This document shows positions 38,938-54,209 of a stretch of 64,000 bases of DNA, piece after piece. The notes below the pieces were generated by a model, which was not told the DNA's origin, did no database searches, and saw nothing but the letters and a program-made list of their open reading frames with translations. Source of the stretch: an uncultured Gemmatimonadaceae bacterium (lineage in GTDB: Bacteria; Gemmatimonadota; Gemmatimonadetes; Gemmatimonadales; Gemmatimonadaceae); assembly GCA_963843845.1 (NCBI GenBank), contig CAWJMB010000003.1, positions 192,001-256,000 of the forward strand, written 5' to 3'. The number at the start of each line of letters is the position of its first letter. Position 1 is the first letter of the stretch. Made by a program: the position numbers and the translations under genes.

Positions 38938-39159
38938 GAGCGGGTCGCCGACGCGCCGTCCGCGTGCGACCCTCTCGCGCCGGTGGAGACCGCGCTGGCC
39001 GCGCGAGCGCAGGCGCTCGACGACTGGCGCGGCGAGCGCGCGGACCTGTCACACCCCGCGCGAACGTTCCGGCGGTTCGCCGGGCTCGCGCCTGCCCGCT
39101 ACGTCGCGAGCCGCGGCGACGCGGCGCGGGCGAGATGCTCCGTGACGGTCACGCCGTGA
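38938..39159 (+). pseudogene. Remnant of an AraC-family regulator
   Basis: Frame reads ERVADAP..VETALAAR..ADLSHPARTFRRFAGLAPARY, resembling the AraC C-terminal D-x-S-H-x-x-R-x-F-R-R-x-x-G-x-x-P-x-x-Y helix. No full-length ORF is present. Confidence 0.55.
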
Positions 39160-40201
39160 GCGTCGACATGTCGATCACGAAGCGATACTTCACGTCGCTC
39201 CGCAGCATGCGCTCGTAGGCCTCGTTGATCTGATCCGCGCGGATGACTTCGATGTCGGCGCCGAGCCGGTGCTCGGCGCAGAAGTCGAGCATCTCCTGCG
39301 TCTCGCGGATGCCGCCGATCAGCGACCCCGCCATCCGCTTCCGCTTCACGATGAAGGCGAACGCGTTCGGCGACGGGTGCGGCTCCGGCGAGCCGCCGAG
39401 GAGCACGAGCGTGCCGTCGCGCCGGAGCGTGTCCATGAGCGCGGCGACGTCGTGCGACGCGGAGACGGTGTCGATGATGACGTCGAGCGAGTTCGCGGCC
39501 GCGGCCATCTGCTCCGCGTCCCGCGACACGACGACCGCGTGCGCGCCGAGCCGCCGCGCGTCGTCGCCCTTGCCCGGCGACGTGGTGAACAGCGTCACCT
39601 CGGCGCCCATGGCGCTGGCGAGCTTGACCGCCATGTGTCCGAGGCCGCCGAGTCCGACGACGCCCACGCGCGTGCCCGGGCCGACGTTCCACTCGCGGAG
39701 CGGCGAGTAGGTCGTGATGCCGGCGCAGAGAAGCGGCGCGGCGGCCGCGGGGTCGAGCCCGTCGGGGATGCGCAGCACGAATCGCTCGTCGACGACGATC
39801 GCGTCGGCATAGCCTCCCTGGGTCGGGCGGCCGGTCTCCTTTTCGACGCCGCCGTAGGTGCCGGTCATTCCATTCTCGCAGTACTGCTCCAGCGATTCGG
39901 CGCACGCGGCGCACGACTGGCAGCTGTCGACCATGCAGCCGACGCCGACGAGATCGCCGGCGCGATACGCGGTGACGTCGCTCCCGACGGCGACGACGCG
40001 GCCCACGATCTCGTGCCCTGGCACCTGCGGGTAGGCGATGCCGCCCCACTCGCCGCGCACGGTGTGCAGATCGGAGTGACAGATGCCGCAGAACAGAATC
40101 TCGATCTGCACGTCGCGCGCGCCCGGGTCGCGGCGCTCGAAGCGCCAGGGAGCGAGCGGAGCGGTCGCGTCGTACGCGGCGTAGCCGAGCGTCGGGATCA
40201 T
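39149..40201 (-). CDS. Zn-dependent NAD(P)H alcohol dehydrogenase (cinnamyl ADH/YahK-like)
   Basis: CGICHSD, PGHEIVG, GCMVDSCQSCAAC, APLLCAGITTYSP, GLGGLGH, DVKYRFVID. Confidence 0.93.
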   Translation of the reverse strand: MIPTLGYAAYDATAPLAPWRFERRDPGARDVQIEILFCGICHSDLHTVRGEWGGIAYPQVPGHEIVGRVVAVGSDVTAYRAGDLVGVGCMVDSCQSCAACAESLEQYCENGMTGTYGGVEKETGRPTQGGYADAIVVDERFVLRIPDGLDPAAAAPLLCAGITTYSPLREWNVGPGTRVGVVGLGGLGHMAVKLASAMGAEVTLFTTSPGKGDDARRLGAHAVVVSRDAEQMAAAANSLDVIIDTVSASHDVAALMDTLRRDGTLVLLGGSPEPHPSPNAFAFIVKRKRMAGSLIGGIRETQEMLDFCAEHRLGADIEVIRADQINEAYERMLRSDVKYRFVIDMSTLTA

Positions 40202-40259
40202 ATCTTGATGGGAGTGAGAGGGGACCCCTCACACTAACGACCTCTCACCCCGAGCGCCG

Positions 40260-41072
40260 ATGCCGTTCTTCAAGACGACCGCCGAGCCGGCGACCGACAT
40301 CTACTTCGAGGACAGCGGCGGCGTCGGGCAGGCCGTCGTGCTGATCCACGGCTGGCCGCTGAGCCACCGCATGTGGGAGCGCCAGGTCGACGCGCTCACG
40401 GGCGCCGGCTACCGCTGCGTCACGTACGACCGACGCGGCTTCGGCGAGTCGGGGAAGGCGACCGGCGGCTACGACTACGACACGTTCGCGTCCGACCTCA
40501 ACGACCTGCTCGTGTCGCAGAACCTGCGCGACGTCGTGCTCGCTGGCTTCTCGATGGGCGGCGGCGAGGTCGCGCGCTACATCGGCCGCTACGGCGAGAG
40601 TCGCGTGGCGAAAGCCGCGCTGTTGGGCGCCGTGACGCCGTTCCTGCTGAAGACGGACGACAACCCCGACGGCGCGCCGCAGGCGATGTTCGACGGGATG
40701 ATCGAGGGGGTGCGCACGGACCGCCTGGCCTTCCTCGCCGAGTTCTTCCCGAACTTCTACAACGAGGACAAGGGCGACCTGATCGCGTTCAGCAAGTGGA
40801 TCGCGTGGGCGGCGTCGCCGTCGGGCACCCGGGAGTGCATCACGGCGTTCGGCACGACCGACTTCCGACAGGACCTCGCGAAGTTCACCGTGCCCACGCT
40901 GATCGTGCACGGCGACGCGGATCGCATCGTGCCCATCGAGATCTCCGGCGAGAAGTCGCACGAGCTGATCGAGGGGAGCCGCTACGAGGTCATCAAGAAG
41001 GCGCCGCACGGCTTCGCGTCGACGCACGCGGAGATCCTCAACGAGCTGCTGCTGGACTTCCTGAACGGGTGA
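40260..41072 (+). CDS. Alpha/beta hydrolase, non-heme haloperoxidase type
   Basis: LIHGWPL, YDRRGFGES, GFSMGGG, HGDADRIVP, APHG. Confidence 0.9.
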   Translation: MPFFKTTAEPATDIYFEDSGGVGQAVVLIHGWPLSHRMWERQVDALTGAGYRCVTYDRRGFGESGKATGGYDYDTFASDLNDLLVSQNLRDVVLAGFSMGGGEVARYIGRYGESRVAKAALLGAVTPFLLKTDDNPDGAPQAMFDGMIEGVRTDRLAFLAEFFPNFYNEDKGDLIAFSKWIAWAASPSGTRECITAFGTTDFRQDLAKFTVPTLIVHGDADRIVPIEISGEKSHELIEGSRYEVIKKAPHGFASTHAEILNELLLDFLNG

Positions 41073-41145
41073 CCGGGTGGGACGTCGGCGTGGCATCGTG
41101 TCTGCCTGGACCGCCGGGTGTGCGCGCTGACGAACTGACGCATCC

Positions 41146-42027
41146 ATGACCGGACCATCGCAGGACCCGACGTCGGGCGGCTTCACGCCCCCACACCCTC
41201 CCGATCCGCAGGGCGAGCCCGGCAGCGAAGCCAGGCTCACCCCGGACGCCGACCACGGCGAGACGTCGTACCGCGGGTGCGGCAAGCTCGTCGACCGAGT
41301 CGCGCTCATCACCGGCGCGGACTCCGGGATCGGGCGTGCGGTGGCGCTCGCCTTCGCGCGAGAAGGCGCAGACGTCCTGATCTCGTACCTGAACGAGCAC
41401 GACGACGCGCGCGAGACGCAGCGCCTGGTCGAAGCCGAAGGGCGGCGCGCCGTCATCGTCGCCGGCGACCTCGGCGAGGAGGCGCACTGCCGGGAGCTGG
41501 TGCGCCGCTGCATCGACGAACTCGGGGGCGTCGACGTGCTCGTGAACAACGCCGCGTACCAGACGACCCACGACACGATCGGCGAGTTCACGACCGAGGA
41601 GTTCGACCGCGCGTACAAGACGAACGTCTACGCCATGTTCTGGCTCTGCCGAGAGGCCGTGCCGCACATGCGGCGCGGCGCCTCGATCATCAACACGACG
41701 TCGGTGCAGGCCTACTCGCCGAGCCCGATGCTGCTGCCGTACGCGTCGACGAAGGCCGCGATCAAGAACTTCACGCAGGGGCTCGCGCAGATGCTCGCGG
41801 AGCGGGGGATCCGCGTGAACGCCGTCGCGCCCGGCCCGGTCTGGACGCCGCTGATTCCCTCGACGATGCCGACGGAGCAGGTGCGCACGTTCGGCGAGGA
41901 CACCCCGATGAAGCGCGCCGCGCAGCCGCGCGAGATGGCGCCGATCTACGTGCTCCTCGCCTCCGACGAGGGGAGCTACATCACCGGGATGATCTACGGC
42001 GCGACCGGCGGCGACCCGATCGGCTGA
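41146..42027 (+). CDS. SDR oxidoreductase (YghA/general-stress type)
   Basis: DHGETSYRG, TGADSGIG, NNAAYQ, YASTK, APGPVWTPL. Confidence 0.92.
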   Translation: MTGPSQDPTSGGFTPPHPPDPQGEPGSEARLTPDADHGETSYRGCGKLVDRVALITGADSGIGRAVALAFAREGADVLISYLNEHDDARETQRLVEAEGRRAVIVAGDLGEEAHCRELVRRCIDELGGVDVLVNNAAYQTTHDTIGEFTTEEFDRAYKTNVYAMFWLCREAVPHMRRGASIINTTSVQAYSPSPMLLPYASTKAAIKNFTQGLAQMLAERGIRVNAVAPGPVWTPLIPSTMPTEQVRTFGEDTPMKRAAQPREMAPIYVLLASDEGSYITGMIYGATGGDPIG

Positions 42028-42158
42028 CGGCCACGGAGGCCGGACCGCGGCGCTTGCGGCGATTCGCGGGGGCCCGCTATGTAGCGCACGCCGCGACCTG
42101 CGGACGGTCCTCGCCGCACTCGACCCGATGACGTGAGCACGTTCGTTCCCATGAGGCC

Positions 42159-42446
42159 ATGACGCCGTCGCGACCCATCGATCCCCTGCACGGCGTCACC
42201 CTCGAGGCGATGATCGAGCACCTGCACGCGCGCTACGGCTGGTCCGGACTGGGCGAGCGCATCGCGATCCGCTGCTTCACCGACCAGCCGAGCGTCGCGT
42301 CGTCGCTCAAGTTCCTGCGTCGGACGCCGTGGGCGCGCACGAAGGTGGAGTCGCTCTACCGGCACTCGGTCGCGCATCCGCGCAAGAGCGACCGCCCGCT
42401 CACGCGCGACCGCGACGTATCGGGCGACACATCCGGCGAGACGTGA
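42159..42446 (+). CDS. VF530/DUF2132 family DNA-binding protein
   Basis: DPLHGVTLE, YGWSGLG, RCF..PSVASSLKFLRRTPWARTKVE. Confidence 0.88.
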   Translation: MTPSRPIDPLHGVTLEAMIEHLHARYGWSGLGERIAIRCFTDQPSVASSLKFLRRTPWARTKVESLYRHSVAHPRKSDRPLTRDRDVSGDTSGET

Positions 42447-43165
42447 CGCGACGCGTGCGCGCGACGCCGCGCCACTACGCGGCCGGCCGGGCGTGCTCGC
42501 GAGCGCGTTCCTCGTCGATCAACTGACCCAACGTCGTCTCGGCTGACGGTGGCGCGCCCGTCACCCCGAGGCCGGGGTGTGTGGGCCGACCGAACCGGTA
42601 CGACCAGCCGCCGCGGCCGCGGCGGCCCACGAGCACGCACACCGGGGAGCCGCCGGCCGCGGGGCCGAGCGTGACGGGGACCAGGGCGGGCGGCGCGATG
42701 GTGCGATGTGTACGGTGTACAGTCGCCGCCGTTCGGCGCGTCATACGCCCGTGGGGCGCGGGCGCCCATCGGCGCGCACGCGTGCGCTCGCGACGCACGG
42801 CTCGACCGCGCGAGTGATCGGGACGGGCCGCTCCGGGAGGGCGAGGCGCGCGAGGGCACGCAGGCGGCGCTCGCCGCGGCTGGCGCGAGCGGGCGAAGGC
42901 CCGGACGAACCCGGGGCGAGCGCGGCGGACGCGCGAGGAGAGCGAGAGGCCATGAGGCCGGCGACGGTCGAGTGAACGAGCGGGGCGTCGATCGGGCCCG
43001 CGTCACGCCAGTGCCGGGCCCACGGAACGAGTTACGACGCGGGCACCGTGGATCTTGAGCGGACGATCGCTCGGCGATGGTTCGGTGGGTGGCCCTCGTG
43101 TGCTCCTCGATGGTCGCGGCGACGTCGGTGGCCGCGCACCAGCGACCGGCCGTCGCGCGGCTGCC

Positions 43166-44002
43166 TCAGGGGTGACGCTCGGTGCGGCCCCGCGCGACGC
43201 GCTCGAGCAGCCCGAGCGCGTTCATGGTGGCGGCGCCCGACGCCGTGTTGTCGAAGATGCACCAGGCGCTCGCTGCGCCTGCCGCCGCGGTGCGGAGGCG
43301 CGTCGCGAGTGCGTCCGCGAGCGCGTCGAGGAAGGGGGCGTCGTACGCCGAGTAGTAGGTGCGCGGCGACCCGTGAAGTCGGTAGTAGACGGTCCCCGGC
43401 CACCCGCCGGGCCGTGCCGCCGCAGGCGCACGCGCCGGGTCGGCCGCGACCCGTGCCACGCGCCACGTGTCGAGCAGCCGGTCGGCCTCGGCGTCGAACC
43501 AGGTCGCGTGGCGCGGCTCGGCAGCGATCGGGCCAGCGTACCGCGCGCGGAGCGCGGCGAAGAACGCCTCGGCGGTCGTGGGGTCGAAGGCGAGGCTGGG
43601 CGGGAGCTGCACGAGCAGACAGCCGAACGCGGGTCCGAGCGCCGCCGGCCCGGCCAGGAACGTGTCGAGCGCCGGGCCAAGCCCCGAGTCGGCATCGGTG
43701 AGGCGGCGCTCGTGCGTGATGGACCGCGGGAGCTTGACCGAGAAGCGGAAGCCGGGCGGGACGGTCACCGCCCAGCGCGCGTAGGTCGCCGGCCGGTGCG
43801 GGCGGTAGAACGACGAGTTGATCTCGACCGCCGGGAATCGGGCGGCGTAGCGCGCGAGGTGCGTCCCCTCCGCCGGAAAGTGGCGCTGTGCATCGCGCGG
43901 AAGGCTCCACCCCGCGCACCCCACGTACGCGGCGGGCGAGTCCGCCGCCGAGTCCGCGGAGTCGGCGCGGATGAGCGGCGGTGCGGCGCGGGCGGAGGGC
44001 AT
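43166..44002 (-). CDS. DUF72 (YecE-like) protein
   Basis: VGCAGWS, VEINSSFYR, FRFSVKLPRSITH, LVQLPPS, EPRH..W, YYRLHGSP, WCIFDNT. Confidence 0.9.
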   Translation of the reverse strand: MPSARAAPPLIRADSADSAADSPAAYVGCAGWSLPRDAQRHFPAEGTHLARYAARFPAVEINSSFYRPHRPATYARWAVTVPPGFRFSVKLPRSITHERRLTDADSGLGPALDTFLAGPAALGPAFGCLLVQLPPSLAFDPTTAEAFFAALRARYAGPIAAEPRHATWFDAEADRLLDTWRVARVAADPARAPAAARPGGWPGTVYYRLHGSPRTYYSAYDAPFLDALADALATRLRTAAAGAASAWCIFDNTASGAATMNALGLLERVARGRTERHP

Positions 44003-44372
44003 GCCGCATGGCAGGGCACGTCGCGGGCCTCGGGGAGGCGGCGACGAAGACGACGTCGTCCGGCCGTTCGAAGGGGAGCCCGGCACGCTCGGCCGGTAGC
44101 GTGACACACGGCACGGGCCTCGGCTCGTCACGCCGAGCGCCCGTGTCGCGCGCGCACGCGTCGCGCCCGACTCGCACCCGGGTCTGTGAGTCGCCGCCGG
44201 CGTCGATCAGGGCCGCGGTGATGTGCTGCGGCGTGTCGGGTCGCTTGCCCGCCCGGCGGAGCGCTGCCGACGATGGGCGTGCCGGAGGGCGAGACGCGCT
44301 CCAGGCGTGCGTCGTACCGGCAGCGAGGACGACGAGGGACCCGCGCCCGCGTGCGGCGACTAGCTTTGCGGG

Positions 44373-45526
44373 ATGCCCACTCTCTCGCCCACGCTGCGGG
44401 CGCTGGTCGACACCGCGCGCGCCATCGCGACGACCGTCACGGCCGCCACGGCGGCCGACGACGACCGCGACGCGCGCTGGCCGGCGGCGACCATGCGCGC
44501 CCTCGCCGACGCGCGGGTCACCGCACTCCAGGCGCGGGCCGCGGTCGGCGGCCACGGCGAGGGGATGGTCGGCCTCGTGGCCGTCGCCGAGGTGCTGGCG
44601 CAGGAGAGCGCGTCGGCGGCGCTCTGCTTCGCGATGCACTGCGTGGGGACCGCCGTGCTCGCCGCGAAGGCGACCGACGCGCAGCGCGACCGGTACCTCG
44701 TGCCGATCGCGCGCGGCGAGCACCTCACGACGCTGGCGATCAGCGAGCCCGGCTCGGGCGCGATCTTCTTCTATCCCGAGACCTCGCTCGAGCCGGCGGC
44801 GCCGGGGTTCCGGGTGAACGGCACGAAGAGCTTCGTCACGAATGGCTCGCACGCCGACTCGTACGTGGTGTCGGCCGCGGCCGGCGGGGACGAGCCGGAC
44901 GGCACGTTCAGCTGCGTCGTCGTCGACCGGGACCAGCCGGGGCTCGAGTGGCTCGACGTCTGGCACGGGTTCGGCATGCGTGGCAACGACTCGCGCACGA
45001 TGCGGCTCGCCGGGGTCGAGGTCCCGCACGAGAGCCTGCTCGGCGCGCAGGGTGACCAGCTCTGGTACGTGTTCGAGGTGATCGCGCCCTACTTCCTCAT
45101 GGCGATGGCCGGGACGTACCTCGGCGTCGCGCAGGCGGCGTTCGACGAGGCGCGGCTGCACGTGGGCACGCGCCGCTACGGCCACTCGGGCGAGCTGCTC
45201 GGTCAGGCGCCCGTCGTGGCACACCGGCTCGGCGATCTCTGGGCCCGGCTCGAGGCCACGCGGCAGTTGATCTACTCCGCGGCCGCGAAAGGGGACGCGG
45301 GCGCACCGGACGCGCTGCCGGCGATCCTGGCGTGCAAGGCGATGGCGGGCGACACGGCGGTACACCTCACGAACGAGGCGATGACGCTCTGCGGCGGGAG
45401 CGGGTATCGCGACAACGGTCGGCTCGGCCGCCTCCTCCGGGATGCGCGCGCGAGCCATGTGATGGCCCCGACGACGGACATCCTGAAGACGTGGGTGGGA
45501 CGCGCGCTGCTGAATCTGCCGCTGCT

Positions 45527-45530
<4 letters not shown>
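44373..45530 (+). CDS. Acyl-CoA dehydrogenase-family flavoprotein
   Basis: LAISEPGSG, NGTKSFVTNG, WHGFGMRGNDS, CGGSGY, RLLRDARA. Confidence 0.88.
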
Positions 45531-48028
<2,498 letters not shown>

Positions 48029-48082
48029 CGCCTGACGCCTCGCGCGGCTTGCCGTGAGGCGGGTCTCACGGGACCTTGCGTG

Positions 48083-50269
<2,187 letters not shown>

Positions 50270-50348
50270 CACCCGCCTGACACCCGGCCGGAGCGGGCGG
50301 CTCCGGGCATCACGACGCGCTCGAGGACGACGACGATGCGTGTCGTCC

Positions 50349-50807
50349 TCACAGTCTCGAGCGCGTTCGGGCGAGCACCCGGTCGAGGGCGTTGGCGAAC
50401 GCCTGCTTGTCGCGCGGCCCGTAGGCGGCGTGCCCGCCGGTCTCCACGCCGGCGCCGCGCAGCCCGTCCATGAAGTCGCGCACCGACAGGCGCTCGCCGA
50501 TGCTCTCGCTCGTGTACTCCTCGCCGCGCGGGTCGATCACGGCGACGCGCTTGGGCACGAGGAGCGCGGCCAGGGGGATGTCGGCCGTCACGGCGACGTC
50601 GCCTGCCTCGGCGTGGTCCACGATGTAACGGTCGGCGGCGTCGGGCCCGCCCTCCACGCGCACGGCGGTGACGTAGGCGTAGCCGGGCGGCAGCGGCACG
50701 CGCTGATTCGCCACGAGGACCGTCGCGAGCCGCAGCCGTTCGGCGGCGCGCAGACAGATGTCCTTCACGTCGCGCGGCGCCGCGTCGGCGTCGATCCAGA
50801 GCGTCAC
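50349..50807 (-). CDS. YaiI/YqxD (DUF188) family protein
   Basis: [34 protein letters not shown]. Confidence 0.9.
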   Translation of the reverse strand: MTLWIDADAAPRDVKDICLRAAERLRLATVLVANQRVPLPPGYAYVTAVRVEGGPDAADRYIVDHAEAGDVAVTADIPLAALLVPKRVAVIDPRGEEYTSESIGERLSVRDFMDGLRGAGVETGGHAAYGPRDKQAFANALDRVLARTRSRL

Positions 50808-50876
50808 GAGTGCATCACGGGAAGTATCTCAACGGTCGGAGGCTTCGCGACGCGACCTCTCGCGCGCGATCCGGGA

Positions 50877-52025
50877 TCAGCGTTCGGCGGGGCGCGATTG
50901 GCGGTGCCAGAGCGCCAGCACCTCGCGCTCGCGCTCGGGGGCGATGCCGGCGCGGAGCTGCGCCTTCCGCTCTTCCGGCTCGCGCTCGTAGAAGTCGAGC
51001 GTCGCCCGTACCGTGTCGGCGAAGGGGCGGAAGGTGAGACCTCTGGCGAGCGCGCGCGCGGTGCTCCGTCGCAGAAACCCCGCCGTCTGGCCGCGCGGCG
51101 GGATCCACACGGGCATGTCGCTCCACGGCCGCACCTGCTGCGCGGCGAGCGTGTCGGCGTCGACCCAGGTCAGCCGCACGTCGGAGGTCAGCGCGGCGCG
51201 GATGCCGCCCAGCATCTCACCGATCGTGAACGGCGAGCGCGGCCCGGTGACGTTGTAGATGCCGGTCGTGCCGTCCTCGGCGCACCGCACGATGAACTCC
51301 GCCAGGTCGCGCGCATCGATGATCTGCACCGGGTCGAGCGGGGTGCCGGGCGCGAGCACCTCGCCGCCGCGCTGCAACCGCGCCGGCCAGTAGGTGAAGC
51401 GGTCGGACAGGTCGCCGGGGCCGACGATGAGTCCCGGGCGGATGATCGTCGCGTGGCCCGGGAACGCCTTCTCCACTTCGCGCTCGGCGAGCGCCTTGAG
51501 CGGGCCGTAGAGCCGGCGCGCGTCCTCGCTCTCCGGCTCGGTCGTCGTCGCGAGCGGCGCCGTCTCGTCGGCGTCGGGGGTCGCGTTCGCCGCATACACG
51601 GAGATCGTCGACACGAACACATAGTGCCGCGCGTGCCCCGTGAGGGCCTCGGCGGCCTGGCGCACCCAGCGCGGGAGCGTCGTCGGGTTGTCGATGACGA
51701 CGTCCCACTCGCGCCCCTGCAACGACTTGTAGTCGCCGACGGCGCGATCGCCCTGCAGCTTCTCGACGTTCGGGAAGAGCCCCGGGTTGGTCTGGCCGCG
51801 GTTGAACAGCGTGACGGTGTGGCCGCGCTCCATCGCGTAGCGCACCTGGTGCGGGCCGATGAACCCCGTGCCGCCGAGGATGAGGATGCGTTTCGGCGCG
51901 CCGCGGGTCGCGCTGGCGAGCGGCGCGCCGACGAGCGGCGCGCCGGCGAGCGACGCACGTGGATCGAGCAGCAGCGTGCCGCCGGCGAGTCCGGAGGCTC
52001 TGAGGAACGTGCGGCGAGTGATCAT
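50877..52025 (-). CDS. Tat-exported NAD-dependent epimerase/dehydratase (extended SDR)
   Basis: MITRRTFLRASGLAGG Tat motif, ILGGTGFIG, FNRG, STISVY, YGPLK, RPGLIVGP. Confidence 0.88.
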   Translation of the reverse strand: MITRRTFLRASGLAGGTLLLDPRASLAGAPLVGAPLASATRGAPKRILILGGTGFIGPHQVRYAMERGHTVTLFNRGQTNPGLFPNVEKLQGDRAVGDYKSLQGREWDVVIDNPTTLPRWVRQAAEALTGHARHYVFVSTISVYAANATPDADETAPLATTTEPESEDARRLYGPLKALAEREVEKAFPGHATIIRPGLIVGPGDLSDRFTYWPARLQRGGEVLAPGTPLDPVQIIDARDLAEFIVRCAEDGTTGIYNVTGPRSPFTIGEMLGGIRAALTSDVRLTWVDADTLAAQQVRPWSDMPVWIPPRGQTAGFLRRSTARALARGLTFRPFADTVRATLDFYEREPEERKAQLRAGIAPEREREVLALWHRQSRPAER

Positions 52026-53404
52026 GGCGACACCGGGAGCGGGAGCGAGGAAGCGACGACGAACTGCTGGCGCCGCTCGTGTGCGCGGCCGAGCCAGACG
52101 GCGAGCATCATCCACGCGAGCGAGACGGGCACGGCGACGAACGCGATGCGACTCAGGCCGAGCCCCATCGACGCGAGTCCGGCGTACGTCCACGCCGAGA
52201 GCTGGTCGCCGCCTCGGTAGATGAACGTCTCGATGAAGCTCTTCGCCTTGTACTTGTCTTCGCGCGGCACGACCGTGAACAGGGTCTCCATGGCCGGGTT
52301 CGTGAGCGAGAAGTTCGACGCGCGTCGCAGCACGGTGAACACCGTCAGCGTGGCGAACACGGGGAGCGCGCCGAGCACGCCGAAGCCGATCGCGGAGAGG
52401 AGCGGGAGGACCGCGAGCGTCGCCGTCAGCCCGATCCACCGGATGATGCGCGCCGTGAAGAACGTCTGCGTGACCACGGTGAGAATCTGTGCCGCGAGCT
52501 CGAGTTGGGCGAGCACCGCGGTGCGTGCGGCGCGGTCGGCGTAGGTGCGGCCGACGATGTCGCTCTGCTGGAAGTAGAGGAACGTCGAGCCGAGCGAGTA
52601 GAGCGCGAGGAACGCGGCGATGCCGAAGAGGTACGGCGAGCGAAAGACCCGCGTGAAGCCGCTCGTGATCCCGCCGCCGACCGCCGCGTCGTCGTCTGCC
52701 TCCGCCGGTGTGTCGCGGGTCGCGGTCGACTGGATCGCGTGCGTCGACTGCGACGCGTCCGCCGACGCGGGGTCTGGTGCGAGCCGCGGGAAGCGTGGAA
52801 AGCGCGCCGCACAGAGCACGGCGCCCTGCAGGAGCGCCGCCGAGACGAGGAGCAGGTTCACCGGCCCGAGCGTCCGGGCGAGCGTCGCCGTGAGCGCCGA
52901 GCCCGTGATCGAGCCGAGCGTCCCGCCGACGCCGATGACACCGAACAGGCGCTTCGCCTGATCGCTGCGAAAGGCGTCCGCCATCAGGCACCAGAAGATC
53001 GACGGCCCGAAGAAGGCCAGCACGCTCGTCCACACGTAGAACGTGCGCCCGCTCCACACGTCGGCCGGCGAGCCCGCCTGCGCCGCCGCGGCCCGCATGA
53101 CGACGTAGAAGATCAGCAGGTTCGCCGCGAACAGCTCGAACATGATCGGCACGAAGCGGCGCGCCGGAAAGCGGACGACGAGCGCGGCGAACACCGGGTT
53201 GAACGCGAGCGTCGCGGCGAGCGTCCCGGCGAACAGCCACGGAAGCTGCTGCACCCCCGACGCGGCGGCGACGGCGTCGCGGATCGGGCGGAGCACGAAG
53301 TACGCGCTGAGCACGAAGAAGAACAGCAGGAACGCGGCGACGGTCGCGGCGCGCTCGTCATCGCGGACGTCGACGCGTCGCCGGAGCGGGAGATCGAGGG
53401 GCAC
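52022..53404 (-). CDS. MFS transporter, NTT/AAA (ATP:ADP antiporter)-like
   Basis: YFVLRPIRDA, LPWLFAGT, FWCLMAD..QAKRLFG, REDKYKAKSFIETFIYRGGD. ATGA overlap with the epimerase. Confidence 0.85.
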   Translation of the reverse strand: MPLDLPLRRRVDVRDDERAATVAAFLLFFFVLSAYFVLRPIRDAVAAASGVQQLPWLFAGTLAATLAFNPVFAALVVRFPARRFVPIMFELFAANLLIFYVVMRAAAAQAGSPADVWSGRTFYVWTSVLAFFGPSIFWCLMADAFRSDQAKRLFGVIGVGGTLGSITGSALTATLARTLGPVNLLLVSAALLQGAVLCAARFPRFPRLAPDPASADASQSTHAIQSTATRDTPAEADDDAAVGGGITSGFTRVFRSPYLFGIAAFLALYSLGSTFLYFQQSDIVGRTYADRAARTAVLAQLELAAQILTVVTQTFFTARIIRWIGLTATLAVLPLLSAIGFGVLGALPVFATLTVFTVLRRASNFSLTNPAMETLFTVVPREDKYKAKSFIETFIYRGGDQLSAWTYAGLASMGLGLSRIAFVAVPVSLAWMMLAVWLGRAHERRQQFVVASSLPLPVSP

Positions 53405-53912
53405 GGAGCGCGGTCAGGGCACGCGGGAGGGCGGGCGGGGCGAGCGTCGGGGCGTCGGCGGCGGACGACCGACTTCGCCGGCGCGCTCCGCGCCGAACGA
53501 TACGTCTGGGCGCGGCCCGTGAGATAGTCGCGTGTCGCGCGCGAGGGGACAGCGCCGCTGTGCTGCGGTCGCGCCCTCGCGTCGCATCACCGGTCGACGA
53601 GTGGGTGCCGCACGACCTCGCCGACCAGTGTGTCGCCGCCGATCGTCACGTAGAGCTGCCCGTCCGTGACCGACAGGTCGAACGTCATCCGCCGGTGCAG
53701 CCACGCCGCGTCCGGAGCGCCCACGTCGATCCACGCGCGCAACGCGCCCGTGGGGTCGCGTGCGGCGAGCGGCGGCTCGTCGGGCTCGGTCGGCGCCGTC
53801 GCGTCGTCTCGCCGACCACCGGGACGCGGGTCGCCCGTGGCACGAACCGAGCGGAATCGCGGCGCCGGTCCCACAAGTGGTCTCACCACCCGCCAGCCCA
53901 GCGAGGAGCACG

Positions 53913-54209
53913 ATGACGGAGACGACGGACGACCGGTATTTCCACGTCTACGTGCGGTGTCGCCCGCGAGCCTTCCGGGAGCGCGACCTGCGTCAGCTGA
54001 TCGAGCACATCGACGAGTGTGCGCGCGACATGCGCACCGACTTGCTCGACGCGTGTCAGTGCCGGGGGCAGCACGCGGCCGACGCCGAAGCGGAAACGGC
54101 CGCCTGCCTCGAAGCATGCATCCCCGTCTGGCGCGCGCAGCTGCGCCGGGCGTGCTGGACGCTGCGACTCCCCATGCCCGAGGTGTGGGTCGCGGGCATC
54201 CGGATCTGA
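53913..54209 (+). CDS. Small Cys-rich hypothetical protein (98 aa)
   Basis: GAGGAG RBS before ATG 53913. MTETTDDRYFHVYVRC..; 7 Cys including CxC and CxxxC. Confidence 0.55.
   Translation: MTETTDDRYFHVYVRCRPRAFRERDLRQLIEHIDECARDMRTDLLDACQCRGQHAADAEAETAACLEACIPVWRAQLRRACWTLRLPMPEVWVAGIRI

Noticed and set aside
42447..43165. Possible small genes or RNA in the gap between VF530 and DUF72
   Set aside because: I could not support any ORF, motif or structure here by eye.
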